From: Planctomycetaceae bacterium
GTDB taxonomy: Bacteria > Planctomycetota > Phycisphaerae > Phycisphaerales > SM1A02
Reading direction: 5' to 3'
DNA: 64,000 bases
NCBI GenBank assembly: GCA_947490615.1
Contig: CANLHK010000009.1
Span: 18,846-82,845, forward strand
Shown here: piece by piece, positions 1 through 8,819 of the stretch
Position numbering within the stretch: position 1 is the stretch's first letter
Layout of the letters: every line of letters begins with the position of its first letter
Position numbers and translations under genes: made by a program
The notes under the pieces: generated by a model
What the model saw: the letters and a program-made list of their open reading frames with translations, nothing else
Database searches by the model: none
Told to the model about the DNA's origin: nothing

Positions 1-231
1 GACGGTGCGGCGGTAACTGTCGTATTGATGCGGGAAATCGCGTCCCCAGACCGCCGGATCGACTGATTTCTCATCGAGGTCGACGGTGCGGAAGGCGACT
101 TCGGTCGACTCCTGCTTGTGCATCGCGATGTTGTCGCGCAACGCGAGCGCGGCGATGGTCGCGCCTGTCGCTACAACGCCGACCGCGACGAAGGCGGCTC
201 CGCGGCGGCGAGTGGTGGGGGCGGATGTCAT
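1..231 (-). CDS. nrfA: cytochrome c nitrite reductase NrfA, N-terminal fragment (gene runs off the window start)
   Basis: Not in the ORF track. Minus-strand ATG at 229-231; frame open to position 1. Translation is MTSAPTTRRRGAAFVAVGVVATGATIAALALRDNIAMHKQESTEVAFRTVDLDEKSVDPAVWGRDFPHQYDSYRRTV. This is a signal anchor plus the DPxxWG..FP.QYDSY motif typical of NrfA N-termini. It lies 123 nt downstream of nrfH on the same strand. Confidence 0.75.
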   Translation of the reverse strand, partial: MTSAPTTRRRGAAFVAVGVVATGATIAALALRDNIAMHKQESTEVAFRTVDLDEKSVDPAVWGRDFPHQYDSYRRTV

Positions 232-354
232 GGCGCTGCCAGTGTCTGGGTGCTTACGGCAGCCATGGGCGCAAGTGGTGTGCGGATGTTCGTGCGTGTG
301 CGGTGTGTTGCTCATGAGTGTTGCGCTGCTCTTTCTTTCGCATCGAGCGTTGAT

Positions 355-840
355 CTAGCGTGGGACCATGGTGTGTTCGGCCGCGTGGGCGACGCCCGCG
401 TGACAGCGGACACAACCGTCTTGCGCGACGGCGTTCGCTGCTTCGGTGGTTGGATGGTGGAACAAGGTGCCGTGGCACCGTCGGCAGTTAGCTTCGACGA
501 TGGCGAGGTTGCCTGCTTTGATTCGAATGTTTTCGGGGTAGTCGCCGAGCGTGAACGCCTTCGAGTGATGCCAGCCGTTGGCGCTCTTGGCGATCCACTT
601 ACCCACCCCGTCTGCGGGGACATGGCAGTCGTTGCAGGTGGCGTGCGCGTGGTGGCGACCGCGTTCCCACGACTTGAACTGCGGCCGCATGACATGGCAG
701 TTCACACAGGTTTCGGGGTTGTCGGAGAGGTACGAAGTGCCCTCGGCATAGTCGAAGGTCGACACCGCCGAACCCAGCGCGACGCCGACGAGAGCGATCA
801 CGATGACGAGGGCGCGGGTGTTGGAAGAGTGGGTTACCAT
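355..840 (-). CDS. nrfH: tetrahaem cytochrome c quinol dehydrogenase, NapC/NirT/NrfH family
   Basis: Internal ATG (838-840) of track ORF 355..1377; 161 aa. N-terminal TM helix ALVIVIALVGVALGS. Four CxxCH motifs (CVNCH, CNDCH, CRRCH, CVRCH). Immediately upstream of nrfA. Confidence 0.85.
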   Translation of the reverse strand: MVTHSSNTRALVIVIALVGVALGSAVSTFDYAEGTSYLSDNPETCVNCHVMRPQFKSWERGRHHAHATCNDCHVPADGVGKWIAKSANGWHHSKAFTLGDYPENIRIKAGNLAIVEANCRRCHGTLFHHPTTEAANAVAQDGCVRCHAGVAHAAEHTMVPR

Positions 841-887
841 GGCGGGGGGTTCCTTGGTAGAGTACCTATAGCAGAACCACAGACCAA

Positions 888-901
888 GATATCCGTATAT
901 C
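888..901. promoter_or_regulatory. candidate operator palindrome GATAT-N4-ATATC in the AT-rich nrfH/porin divergent intergenic region
   Basis: Perfect 5-bp inverted repeat, gatatccgtatatc, in the 81-bp gap (841-921). This gap is the most AT-rich stretch of the window. The 5-4-5 spacing resembles Crp/Fnr-type sites, but the half-site differs from TTGAT. Confidence 0.25.
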
Positions 902-921
902 GCTCTTTTCAGGCATTCCCT

Positions 922-2409
922 ATGAAAAACGCACTGCTTTCTCTGGTTTCCTCTCACGCAGAGTCTCCCCAAGCCGCCGTGCTCGCCTCGGCGTGTTTCG
1001 GTGGTGTGGCGGTGGTTTGCGCGTCGCTCGCGGGCGCAGCGCAGGATGGCGTTTCGGCCGATTTGCAATCGGAGCTCGACGCGCTTCGGCGTGATGTGGC
1101 GGTGCTGCGCGCCAACGGAATCGGTGGCGGCAACTGGCTCACCGAAGCGCGAACTGAAGAAGTGCGCGCCATCGTGACCGATGTGCTCGCTGATGCAGCC
1201 ACACGCACCTCGCTGCAGGAGTCGGTGGCGACGAGCGGCTGGAAGGATGGCTTCTTCCTGAACAGCGCCGACGGCGCGTACAGCATGAGGTTCAATGGGT
1301 ACATCCAGACGCGGTACACCTTTGACTCGCGCGAGTCGGTGGCGGGCCTCACAGGAACCCAGGATCTCGAAGCGCATGGCTTTGAAACGCGACGCATCAA
1401 GATGGTGCTCGAAGGGAATGTGGTCGACTCGAGTTGGACCTACAAGGTTGAGACTGCGCTCTCAAGCGGCACGACTTCGCTCGACGACACCTGGGTCGAG
1501 AAGCGGCTCGCGGAGGGACTGACGATGAAGATCGGACAGTTCAAGGCGCCGTTCATGCGGGAGTTCCTCCTGTCGGATCCTGTGGCGATGATGGTCGATC
1601 GATCGTCGGTCGAAGGGTTCTTTACTCCCGGCCGCGCCCAAGGCGTGCAGCTGAATTGGCGTGAAGGCGATGTGCAGCTGACTGGCGCGTATCTCAATGG
1701 ATTCGCGGTGAAGAGCAACTACTTCACGAGCGGCGACATGCGAAACCTGTCGTGGGGCTCGACAGCCATCGCGGACTACGCCGTTGTCGCGCGCGCCGAG
1801 TGGAAGCTCGCAGGCGAGTGGGCGCAGTTCAAGGATCCTGCGGGATGGGCCAGCGATGGATTTGGTGTGTTGCTCGGCGTCGCGGGTGAGGCGGAACGCA
1901 AGGACAACAACCAAGGCGTGCCCGCCGCCTACGGCGCGATCGAGCCGTCGGTGATCGGAGGAACCGTCGATCTCTCTGTCGAGTTCAGCGGTGCGTCGAT
2001 TCTGACCTACGGCGTGTGGCGGCAAGTCGATCCCAACGACGCTGCCTTGGCGACCTCCGATCAGTTCGGCTTCATGATCCAAGGTGGCCTCTTTGTCACC
2101 GACACGGTCGAGCTCGTCGCACGCTACGAGTACGGCGATGCCGACACCAGCCCCAACGGCGATCCTCTCGTGCTCAACACGATCAACAACAACGGTTACT
2201 CGACGCTCAATACCGTCGGCGTTGGTGTGAACTGGTTTATCCAGAAGCAGCGCATCAAGCTCACCACCGATCTCTGCTACGCGATGGATGGAATCGGCGC
2301 CTTCACCAACTCGGGCAATGGTTTCCTCTCCGATGGAACGGGCGCTGGTGGCGCCTTCGACCAGGATGGTCAGATCATCGCGCGCATGCAGTTCCAGATG
2401 ATGTGGTGA
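922..2409 (+). CDS. putative outer-membrane porin (phosphate-selective porin O/P-like beta-barrel)
   Basis: In-frame ATG at 922 inside track ORF 118..2409; the upstream 268 codons are antisense to nrfH. Signal peptide MKNALLSLV...CASLAGAAQ, then an N-terminal coiled coil (DLQSELDALRRDVAVLRA). The rest is a long region of alternating-pattern, Gly/aromatic-rich strands. C-terminus ends QFQMMW, an aromatic terminal residue. Confidence 0.55.
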   Translation: MKNALLSLVSSHAESPQAAVLASACFGGVAVVCASLAGAAQDGVSADLQSELDALRRDVAVLRANGIGGGNWLTEARTEEVRAIVTDVLADAATRTSLQESVATSGWKDGFFLNSADGAYSMRFNGYIQTRYTFDSRESVAGLTGTQDLEAHGFETRRIKMVLEGNVVDSSWTYKVETALSSGTTSLDDTWVEKRLAEGLTMKIGQFKAPFMREFLLSDPVAMMVDRSSVEGFFTPGRAQGVQLNWREGDVQLTGAYLNGFAVKSNYFTSGDMRNLSWGSTAIADYAVVARAEWKLAGEWAQFKDPAGWASDGFGVLLGVAGEAERKDNNQGVPAAYGAIEPSVIGGTVDLSVEFSGASILTYGVWRQVDPNDAALATSDQFGFMIQGGLFVTDTVELVARYEYGDADTSPNGDPLVLNTINNNGYSTLNTVGVGVNWFIQKQRIKLTTDLCYAMDGIGAFTNSGNGFLSDGTGAGGAFDQDGQIIARMQFQMMW

Positions 2410-2436
2410 TGCGCCGTCGCGCCTGTGGTCGCGCGC

Positions 2437-4137
2437 TCAACCCAATGCAGCCTGCACCTGCTCCGAAACCCACATCGCTTCGGCGATGCAGGTTTCGACA
2501 GCGGGGAGCAGCCAGTTGTCCTGGTTTGCAAACCAGATTCGATTGCCCAGCGGACGACGAAGTTCCTGCGGCAATCCGCTGGAAATCGCGCCAGGGATCG
2601 CGTACGGCATCGCGTGACCCCAACGGGAGAGGCGGATCTGCTCGACATCACGCGCGGCGAGTCCAAAGTGCGCAAGCTTTGATTGAATCTGCGGTGCGCC
2701 GAGTTCGGCGTAGGCACGCCAATCACTCTCTTGCACGATGCTGAAGCGCGCGGTGTGCCAAGGCAGCGGCCAGTAGAGCGTGAGCGTGCGCGATCCTGAG
2801 CTCAGGGCGAACCCACCGTTCACAGCGTCGGTGATGACGCGGTGCTGCTCGAAAGCGTTGCCGTCCATCGGGAAGGCTTTGCCTCCACCGAGGTAGAGGT
2901 CGTAGAAGTCGTTGGCGATCGGACGCGACAGCAGCACATTGGCGACGAGGTACGCGACGGTTGGCACACGATGCATCGCTTCGAACTTTGGCTCGTCTTC
3001 GGCGCTGAGCCAAGGAAGCAGATGGCGCACGATGTGCTTGGAGTTCGCCAGGATGACCTGTCGCGCAAAGGTCGTGCGTCGCGTGCCGTCGGCCATGCGC
3101 CAGAAGAGATGCGCGCCTCCATCGACGAGACGAACTTCCGTCACAGTGCAACCTGCCCGCATCCGCACTCGCGCTTGCCCATCGGCGCTCTTTCGAGCGC
3201 GACGCCAGAGCGCGCGCGCAAGTCCCGCGTTTCCTGCGGGCATCACATTGCGCCCGAATTCTTCGGCGGCCACGAAGTTCCAGCCCGTCGCGGCGCTGAC
3301 CTCATCGAATCCCACGCCGAGGCTTGAGTAGCAGTACGCCTGCAAGAGATAAGCGAGTCGCGGCGGCAGCGTTCCGCAGCGCAGCAGCAGATCTTCCTGG
3401 AAAGTCCGTCCGTCGAGCTCGGTCACGACGGCGTTGGCGCGGCCCTCGAAGGGAATCTCGGGATAGTCGTCACCCGCGAAGCGCTTGACCGCGGCGCGAT
3501 AGGCGGCAAACGCGCGAACATCCGCGGGACTCGGATCTCGTCCGAGCAGGTCTTCACTGACGACGCCGTCGTACTCAAACGAGAACGCGCCGACATCCTG
3601 CCGCCATTGCGTAGGCAACGACAACTCGTCGTAGAACTTTGCGAGAGGTGTGCCCCGATCGGCCTGCATGAAGTAGGCGCTGGCGAGACTCCAAGATTGA
3701 CCGCTGTGCGATTCGCCCATCGCGTTGCCGCCCATGCGCGGGCGCAACTCAAAGAGCACAGTGTCGCGACTGCGCAGGAGGTAGGCGCTCGTGAGTCCAG
3801 AGAGCCCGCCTCCGACGATGGCCACTTCAACGGTCTCACTTGGCTCGGGGTAGTCGTCGCAGTTTTCGCAGTTGTGGAAGGGAATCGCGTTCGCTTCGAA
3901 CACATCGCCGAACCACTGCTTGGCGAAGGGGAGTCCGCCGATGGACTCGCGATCCCCGAGTTGCGCAAGATGGAGAATTGGATCCCCAGAAGGACGCGCA
4001 AGCGCCGGAGGAACGGTCAGACGCGCTGCAGCCGAAGCGACGCGCGGCAGCGTCGAGAACGCCGCGAGCGCGCCGAGGCCAGTCATGCCGTTGAGCAGCG
4101 CGCGTCGACGGGTGTGGTCATAGGAAGGCGAGGGCAC
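2437..4137 (-). CDS. Tat-exported FAD/NAD(P)-binding oxidoreductase (amine-oxidase-like)
   Basis: Twin-arginine signal TRRRALLNGMTGLGALAAF...ASAAA. Rossmann dinucleotide motif VAIVGGGLSGLTSAYLL...FELRPRMGGN. 566 aa. Confidence 0.75.
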   Translation of the reverse strand: MPSPSYDHTRRRALLNGMTGLGALAAFSTLPRVASAAARLTVPPALARPSGDPILHLAQLGDRESIGGLPFAKQWFGDVFEANAIPFHNCENCDDYPEPSETVEVAIVGGGLSGLTSAYLLRSRDTVLFELRPRMGGNAMGESHSGQSWSLASAYFMQADRGTPLAKFYDELSLPTQWRQDVGAFSFEYDGVVSEDLLGRDPSPADVRAFAAYRAAVKRFAGDDYPEIPFEGRANAVVTELDGRTFQEDLLLRCGTLPPRLAYLLQAYCYSSLGVGFDEVSAATGWNFVAAEEFGRNVMPAGNAGLARALWRRARKSADGQARVRMRAGCTVTEVRLVDGGAHLFWRMADGTRRTTFARQVILANSKHIVRHLLPWLSAEDEPKFEAMHRVPTVAYLVANVLLSRPIANDFYDLYLGGGKAFPMDGNAFEQHRVITDAVNGGFALSSGSRTLTLYWPLPWHTARFSIVQESDWRAYAELGAPQIQSKLAHFGLAARDVEQIRLSRWGHAMPYAIPGAISSGLPQELRRPLGNRIWFANQDNWLLPAVETCIAEAMWVSEQVQAALG

Positions 4138-4141
4138 GAAC

Positions 4142-5494
4142 TCAAGGTAACGCAGGATCGCGCTCGTGCTCGCGCAATTCTGCTGAGTTCGTCGAGGCGG
4201 CGCGCGCTGCGTGCTCGGTCACAAGTGCTTCAAACCAGCGTGAAGCGTCGTGGACAGAGAAGAGAAACGTCGCGCGATGATCCGCTTCGGCGCCAGCAGC
4301 GATCGATCGCGTGGGACCGCCACCAAGAACGGCGTGATACTGCTCGGGAAGCTTGGCAATCGCAGGCGGAACCACTTCGTCCTTCTCACCGAAGTAGCAA
4401 CGAAGCGGAGTGTGGCTGCGCCAGCGGTATCCGTGCTCCTCTTGAAGATCGTGCCAATAGCCTTGATCGCCCGTCATTCCCGATGCGATGAACTCGGGAC
4501 GCAGAAGGTCTTTCGCCAACGCGGGAGTCTTGGCGCGGAAGGTGGTCCAATCGATTCGATTGGCATGCAGATCGCGACACGCTTCGATGTACTGCGCGCG
4601 AATCGCGTGGTCGGCGAAGCCCGCAGCGGCGCTGTAGTGTTCGTACGCGAGGATTTGCAGTGCGAGCACACCAGGGAGATAGATCGCGTCGATCGGCTGT
4701 GGATTGTTGACCCAGCGTTGCACGGCGAGATACACATCCGCTGGCGCACTTGCGGTGGCCGCAGCGGACACGGCGATCCCAACCTCTTCGAGCTTCTCAA
4801 GGAACACCAGTGTGGCCCATCCACCTTGTGACCAACCGAGGAGAAACAACTCGCGCGGTGTGATCTTCATGCTCAGCAGCACGCGTCCTGAGGCGCCGAG
4901 CATGTCGAGACACGCTTGCTGCGTGCTGTTCTTGACGAGGTAGCTGTCGGGCTCAGTCGAGAGCCCCTTGCCGAAGTAATCCGCCGCGACCACGACACAT
5001 CCACGGCTGGCGAACTGTGCGATCACGAGCCGTGTCTCCATCGACTCCTCAGGAAAGCTCGGCACGGCGGTCTTGGAAAACACCGTTCCGTGCTGATAGG
5101 AGACGACCGAGAGCGTGTCACCCGCGCCGCGCGGAATCGCCAGTAGACCGCTGGCAATCGTGGGCCGATTGCCTAGCTCAGGAATCACCGAGGGGTAGGT
5201 CACTCGGTAGAGGTCGACTGCGTAGCGCGGTTGCAGCAACTCCGTCGGCGGGGCGTCGGTGAACTTCTCCCGCACCAATTCGTCGGTGACGATCGTGTTG
5301 AGCCGCGCATGGTCGTAGGTCCCGAGGAGTTCATAGGTGACGCCCGAAGTCACTGCGACGGCTTGAGGCTCGCTTGTCGCGCCTTGCTGGGTCTGGCTGA
5401 CTGCGCATCGCGCAGAAAGCACCGATGCACAGGCGAGAAGATTGGCGAGAAGGTTGGCAAGAACGCGTCGGATGGTGTGAACTCTTCGATCCAT
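4142..5494 (-). CDS. secreted alpha/beta-hydrolase (lipase/esterase-like)
   Basis: Nucleophile elbow GWSQGG. N-terminal signal RRVLANLLANLLACASVLSA. ATG at 5492-5494 is preceded by GAGGGA; the track start at 5512 is a GTG. Its stop lies 4 nt before the start of the oxidoreductase gene. Confidence 0.65.
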   Translation of the reverse strand: MDRRVHTIRRVLANLLANLLACASVLSARCAVSQTQQGATSEPQAVAVTSGVTYELLGTYDHARLNTIVTDELVREKFTDAPPTELLQPRYAVDLYRVTYPSVIPELGNRPTIASGLLAIPRGAGDTLSVVSYQHGTVFSKTAVPSFPEESMETRLVIAQFASRGCVVVAADYFGKGLSTEPDSYLVKNSTQQACLDMLGASGRVLLSMKITPRELFLLGWSQGGWATLVFLEKLEEVGIAVSAAATASAPADVYLAVQRWVNNPQPIDAIYLPGVLALQILAYEHYSAAAGFADHAIRAQYIEACRDLHANRIDWTTFRAKTPALAKDLLRPEFIASGMTGDQGYWHDLQEEHGYRWRSHTPLRCYFGEKDEVVPPAIAKLPEQYHAVLGGGPTRSIAAGAEADHRATFLFSVHDASRWFEALVTEHAARAASTNSAELREHERDPALP

Positions 5495-5689
5495 GGGAAT
5501 CCCTCGAAACACTGAGTCTACTAGCGGCGAGGGGCACTGTTTTCGGACGCCAGTGGGTCAAATCGGCTCTGGGGCGATGTGTGGCAACCTCTCGGGAATG
5601 CCGCGACCGCATGGTTTTTTCCGCCGATTGTCGGTTCGGAACATCCCCCTCCACGGTGGGATGCGATCCTCCGCGCCCCTGATCGCAAG

Positions 5690-6589
5690 ATGCCGAACGA
5701 CCCCAAGCAAACCATCCTCGTCCTCGGCGCCAGCGGGTTGCTTGGAAACGCCGTGCTGCGCGTGTTGGCCAAGAGTCCCTCGCTGCGCGTCGTCGGAACC
5801 TTGCGCACTGATGCGGTCCAGAAGCGACTCGCGAGCGTCACCGACGCGGCGCTCATTCTTCCCGTCGACGCGACCCGCTTCACCGATCTTCAACGGGTCA
5901 TGGATGAGGTGCGCCCGTCGGTGTTGGTGAACTGCGTCGGTGCGACGAAGCACATCGACGCGGGCAACGATCCATCGATCGCCTACCAATCCAACGCGGT
6001 GCTCCCGCACACGCTTGCGGCGCTCACCGCCAACGCGGGATGCCGCCTTGTGCACATCAGCACCGACTGCGTGTTCAAGGGCGACAAGGGCATGTACCTC
6101 GAGTCGGATCCGACCGACGCCACCGATGTCTACGGACAATCAAAGGCTGCGGGCGAAGTGCACTACCGCAACTCGATCACGATTCGAACCTCCATCATCG
6201 GGCATGAGATCGATACGCGACGCAGCCTTGTCGAGTGGTTCCTCATGCAAGGAGCCGAGTGCAAGGGATTCCGTCGCGCGTTCTTCTCGGGGTTCCCGAC
6301 GGTCACACTGGCGCGCATCATTCGCGATCATGTGATTCCCAATCCTCAGCTTCACGGGCTTTGGCACGCGGCGGCACCGCGGGTTGGGAAGTTTGACTTG
6401 CTCACGCTGATCGCGAAGACCTACGACAAGAAGATCACGATTCACGCGGACGACTCGTTTGTCCTGGATCGCTCACTCGACGGAACTCGATTCCGCGAGG
6501 CGACGGGTTTTGTCTCTCCTGATTGGCCAGCGCTGATCGCGGAGATGCACCAGGACAGAATGCAGCATCAAGGGCTTTTTGGCCGATAG
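5690..6589 (+). CDS. RmlD-like SDR 4-reductase (WbvR-like; nucleotide 6-deoxy-L-hexosamine pathway)
   Basis: Internal ATG at 5690. Motifs: GASGLLG Rossmann, STDCVFKG, and the YGQSK catalytic YxxxK. 299 aa, the size and pattern of dTDP-4-dehydrorhamnose-reductase-family enzymes. Directly upstream of a CapE/FnlA-like dehydratase gene. Confidence 0.75.
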   Translation: MPNDPKQTILVLGASGLLGNAVLRVLAKSPSLRVVGTLRTDAVQKRLASVTDAALILPVDATRFTDLQRVMDEVRPSVLVNCVGATKHIDAGNDPSIAYQSNAVLPHTLAALTANAGCRLVHISTDCVFKGDKGMYLESDPTDATDVYGQSKAAGEVHYRNSITIRTSIIGHEIDTRRSLVEWFLMQGAECKGFRRAFFSGFPTVTLARIIRDHVIPNPQLHGLWHAAAPRVGKFDLLTLIAKTYDKKITIHADDSFVLDRSLDGTRFREATGFVSPDWPALIAEMHQDRMQHQGLFGR

Positions 6590-6610
6590 CGCACGACGCA
6601 CAGGATTCCC

Positions 6611-7645
6611 ATGTTCAAGGACAAGACTCTACTTATCTCTGGCGGAACAGGCTCTTTCGGCAACGCGGTCATGCGTCGTTTCCTGCATTCCGACATCGGT
6701 GAGATCCGCGTGCTCAGTCGCGATGAGAAGAAGCAAGACGACATGCGCAAGCGCTACAACAGCGCGAAGCTCAAGTTCTACCTCGGCGATGTGCGCGACT
6801 CCGCGAGCGTGCGCAATGCGATGGCGGGCGTGGACTTTGTCTTCAATGCCGCCGCGCTCAAGCAAGTCCCCTCGTGCGAGTTCTTCCCGATGGAAGCCGT
6901 GCGCACCAATGTGATGGGCACCGACAATGTGATCGACGCGGCCATCGCCTGCGGCGCCAAGCGCGTCGTCTGCCTGAGCACCGACAAGGCCGTCTATCCG
7001 ATCAACGCCATGGGCATGTCGAAGGCGCTCATGGAGAAAGTCATGGTCGCGCGCAGCCGCAACCTGCGCCCAGGCGAGACCGTGGTCTGTGGCACGCGCT
7101 ACGGCAATGTGATGGCCTCGCGCGGCTCGGTCATTCCACTGTTCGTTCAGCAGATCTCTGCGGGAAAGCCGATCACGATTACCGACGCGAGCATGACGCG
7201 CTTCATGATGACGCTCGACGACGCAGTTGACCTTGTGCTCTATGCGTTCAGCAACGGCAACAACGGCGACATCTTTGTGCAGAAGGCTCCCGCGGCGACC
7301 ATTGAGGTTCTTGCGCGCGCCGTGTGCGAACTCATGGGCCGACCGAAGCACCCCATCGAAATCATCGGCACGCGCCACGGCGAGAAGCTCTACGAAGCGT
7401 TGTGCAGCCGCGAAGAGATGGCGGGCGCCGAGGATCTCGTCGATTTCTATCGCGTACCTGCCGACACCCGCGATCTGAATTACGGGCGGTACTTCGAGCA
7501 GGGTGAGATCAAGATCACACAATCGACCGACTACAACTCGCACAACACCCACCGTCTCGATCTCGACGGCATGAAGAAGCTGCTCATGAAGCTCGACTTC
7601 ATGCAGGACATCGTTGCTGGCCGCGTGCCGCAGCTCGTCGACTGA
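6611..7645 (+). CDS. UDP-N-acetylglucosamine 4,6-dehydratase/5-epimerase (CapE/FnlA/WbjB/WbvB family)
   Basis: N-terminus MFKDKTLLISGGTGSFGNAVMRRFL...SRDEKKQDDMRKRY is the characteristic signature of this family. 344 aa. Confidence 0.85.
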   Translation: MFKDKTLLISGGTGSFGNAVMRRFLHSDIGEIRVLSRDEKKQDDMRKRYNSAKLKFYLGDVRDSASVRNAMAGVDFVFNAAALKQVPSCEFFPMEAVRTNVMGTDNVIDAAIACGAKRVVCLSTDKAVYPINAMGMSKALMEKVMVARSRNLRPGETVVCGTRYGNVMASRGSVIPLFVQQISAGKPITITDASMTRFMMTLDDAVDLVLYAFSNGNNGDIFVQKAPAATIEVLARAVCELMGRPKHPIEIIGTRHGEKLYEALCSREEMAGAEDLVDFYRVPADTRDLNYGRYFEQGEIKITQSTDYNSHNTHRLDLDGMKKLLMKLDFMQDIVAGRVPQLVD

Positions 7646-7663
7646 ATACGGACGGACCATGTC

Positions 7664-8797
7664 ATGAAGCGACTCAAGGTTGCCACGATCGTCGGAACTC
7701 GCCCTGAGATCATCAGGCTCTCGCGCGTCATGGCGCGGCTTGATGAGCATTGCGAGCACGCGATCGTGCACACGGGGCAGAACTACGACTACGAGTTGAA
7801 CCAGATCTTCTTCGAGGATCTGGGCATTCGAAAGCCTGACTACTTCCTTGAAGCCGCAGGCGCCAACGCCGCGGAAACGATCGGCAAGGTCATCATCGCC
7901 ACGGACAAGCTTCTCGCCGAGCTCAAGCCCGATGCGGTCCTGATCCTCGGTGACACCAACAGTTGCCTCTCGCTGCTCTCAGCCAAGAGACGCAAGATCC
8001 CGACCTTCCACATGGAAGCGGGCAATCGTTGCTTTGACCAGCGGGTTCCCGAGGAGATCAATCGGCGCATCCTCGACCACGCGGCCGACATCAACTTGCC
8101 GTACAGCGAGATCGCGCGCGACTACCTGCTGCGCGAGGGACTTCCTCCTGACATGGTCATCAAGACGGGCAGCCCGATGTTTGAAGTGCTTGAGCACTAT
8201 CGCCCGCGGATCGAGGCATCCGATGCGTTGCAACGCCTTGGGTTGACCGCTGGAAAGTTCTTCGTCGTGAGCGCGCATCGCGAAGAGAACATCGATAGCG
8301 AAGTGAACTTCACTCGTCTCGTGCAGCTGCTGAATGCCGTCGCTGCCACCTACGACATGCCGGTCGTGGTCTCCACCCACCCGCGCACTCGCAAGCGCAT
8401 CGAGGCGACGGGCGCGTCATTCCATCCACGCGTGCAGTTGCTCAAGCCGCTGGGATTCAGCGACTACGTGCACCTGCAGACCAAGGCGAAAGCTGTGTTG
8501 TCGGACAGCGGAACGATCACTGAAGAGGCGTCGATCATGAATCTTGCCGCGCTCAACATCCGTGAGGCGCACGAGCGCCCTGAGGGAATGGCGGAGGGGG
8601 CGGTGATGATGACGGGCCTCAACACCGATCGCGTCATGCAGTGCCTAGAGATCTTGGATCGCCAGCCGCGCGGTGCGGAGCGATTGCTGCGTCTCGTCGA
8701 TGACTACACGACACCGAATGTGTCGGACAAGGTTCTTCGCATCATCATGAGCTACACCGACTACGTGAATCGCGTGGTCTGGCATCGCGCGCCTTGA
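7664..8797 (+). CDS. non-hydrolysing UDP-N-acetylhexosamine 2-epimerase (CapG/FnlC/WbjD/WbvD family)
   Basis: [22 protein letters not shown]...[27 protein letters not shown] is a typical WecB-type epimerase N-terminus of the FnlC subgroup. 377 aa. Confidence 0.85.
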   Translation: MKRLKVATIVGTRPEIIRLSRVMARLDEHCEHAIVHTGQNYDYELNQIFFEDLGIRKPDYFLEAAGANAAETIGKVIIATDKLLAELKPDAVLILGDTNSCLSLLSAKRRKIPTFHMEAGNRCFDQRVPEEINRRILDHAADINLPYSEIARDYLLREGLPPDMVIKTGSPMFEVLEHYRPRIEASDALQRLGLTAGKFFVVSAHREENIDSEVNFTRLVQLLNAVAATYDMPVVVSTHPRTRKRIEATGASFHPRVQLLKPLGFSDYVHLQTKAKAVLSDSGTITEEASIMNLAALNIREAHERPEGMAEGAVMMTGLNTDRVMQCLEILDRQPRGAERLLRLVDDYTTPNVSDKVLRIIMSYTDYVNRVVWHRAP

Positions 8798-8819
8798 GTG
8801 GGATCGAGGGGGCCACTCC

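Noticed and set aside
118-921. N-terminal 268 codons of the 763-aa track ORF 118..2409
   Set aside because: This part is antisense to the well-supported nrfH gene and is Arg/Gly/Ala-rich with no motifs. A proper signal peptide follows the in-frame ATG at 922.
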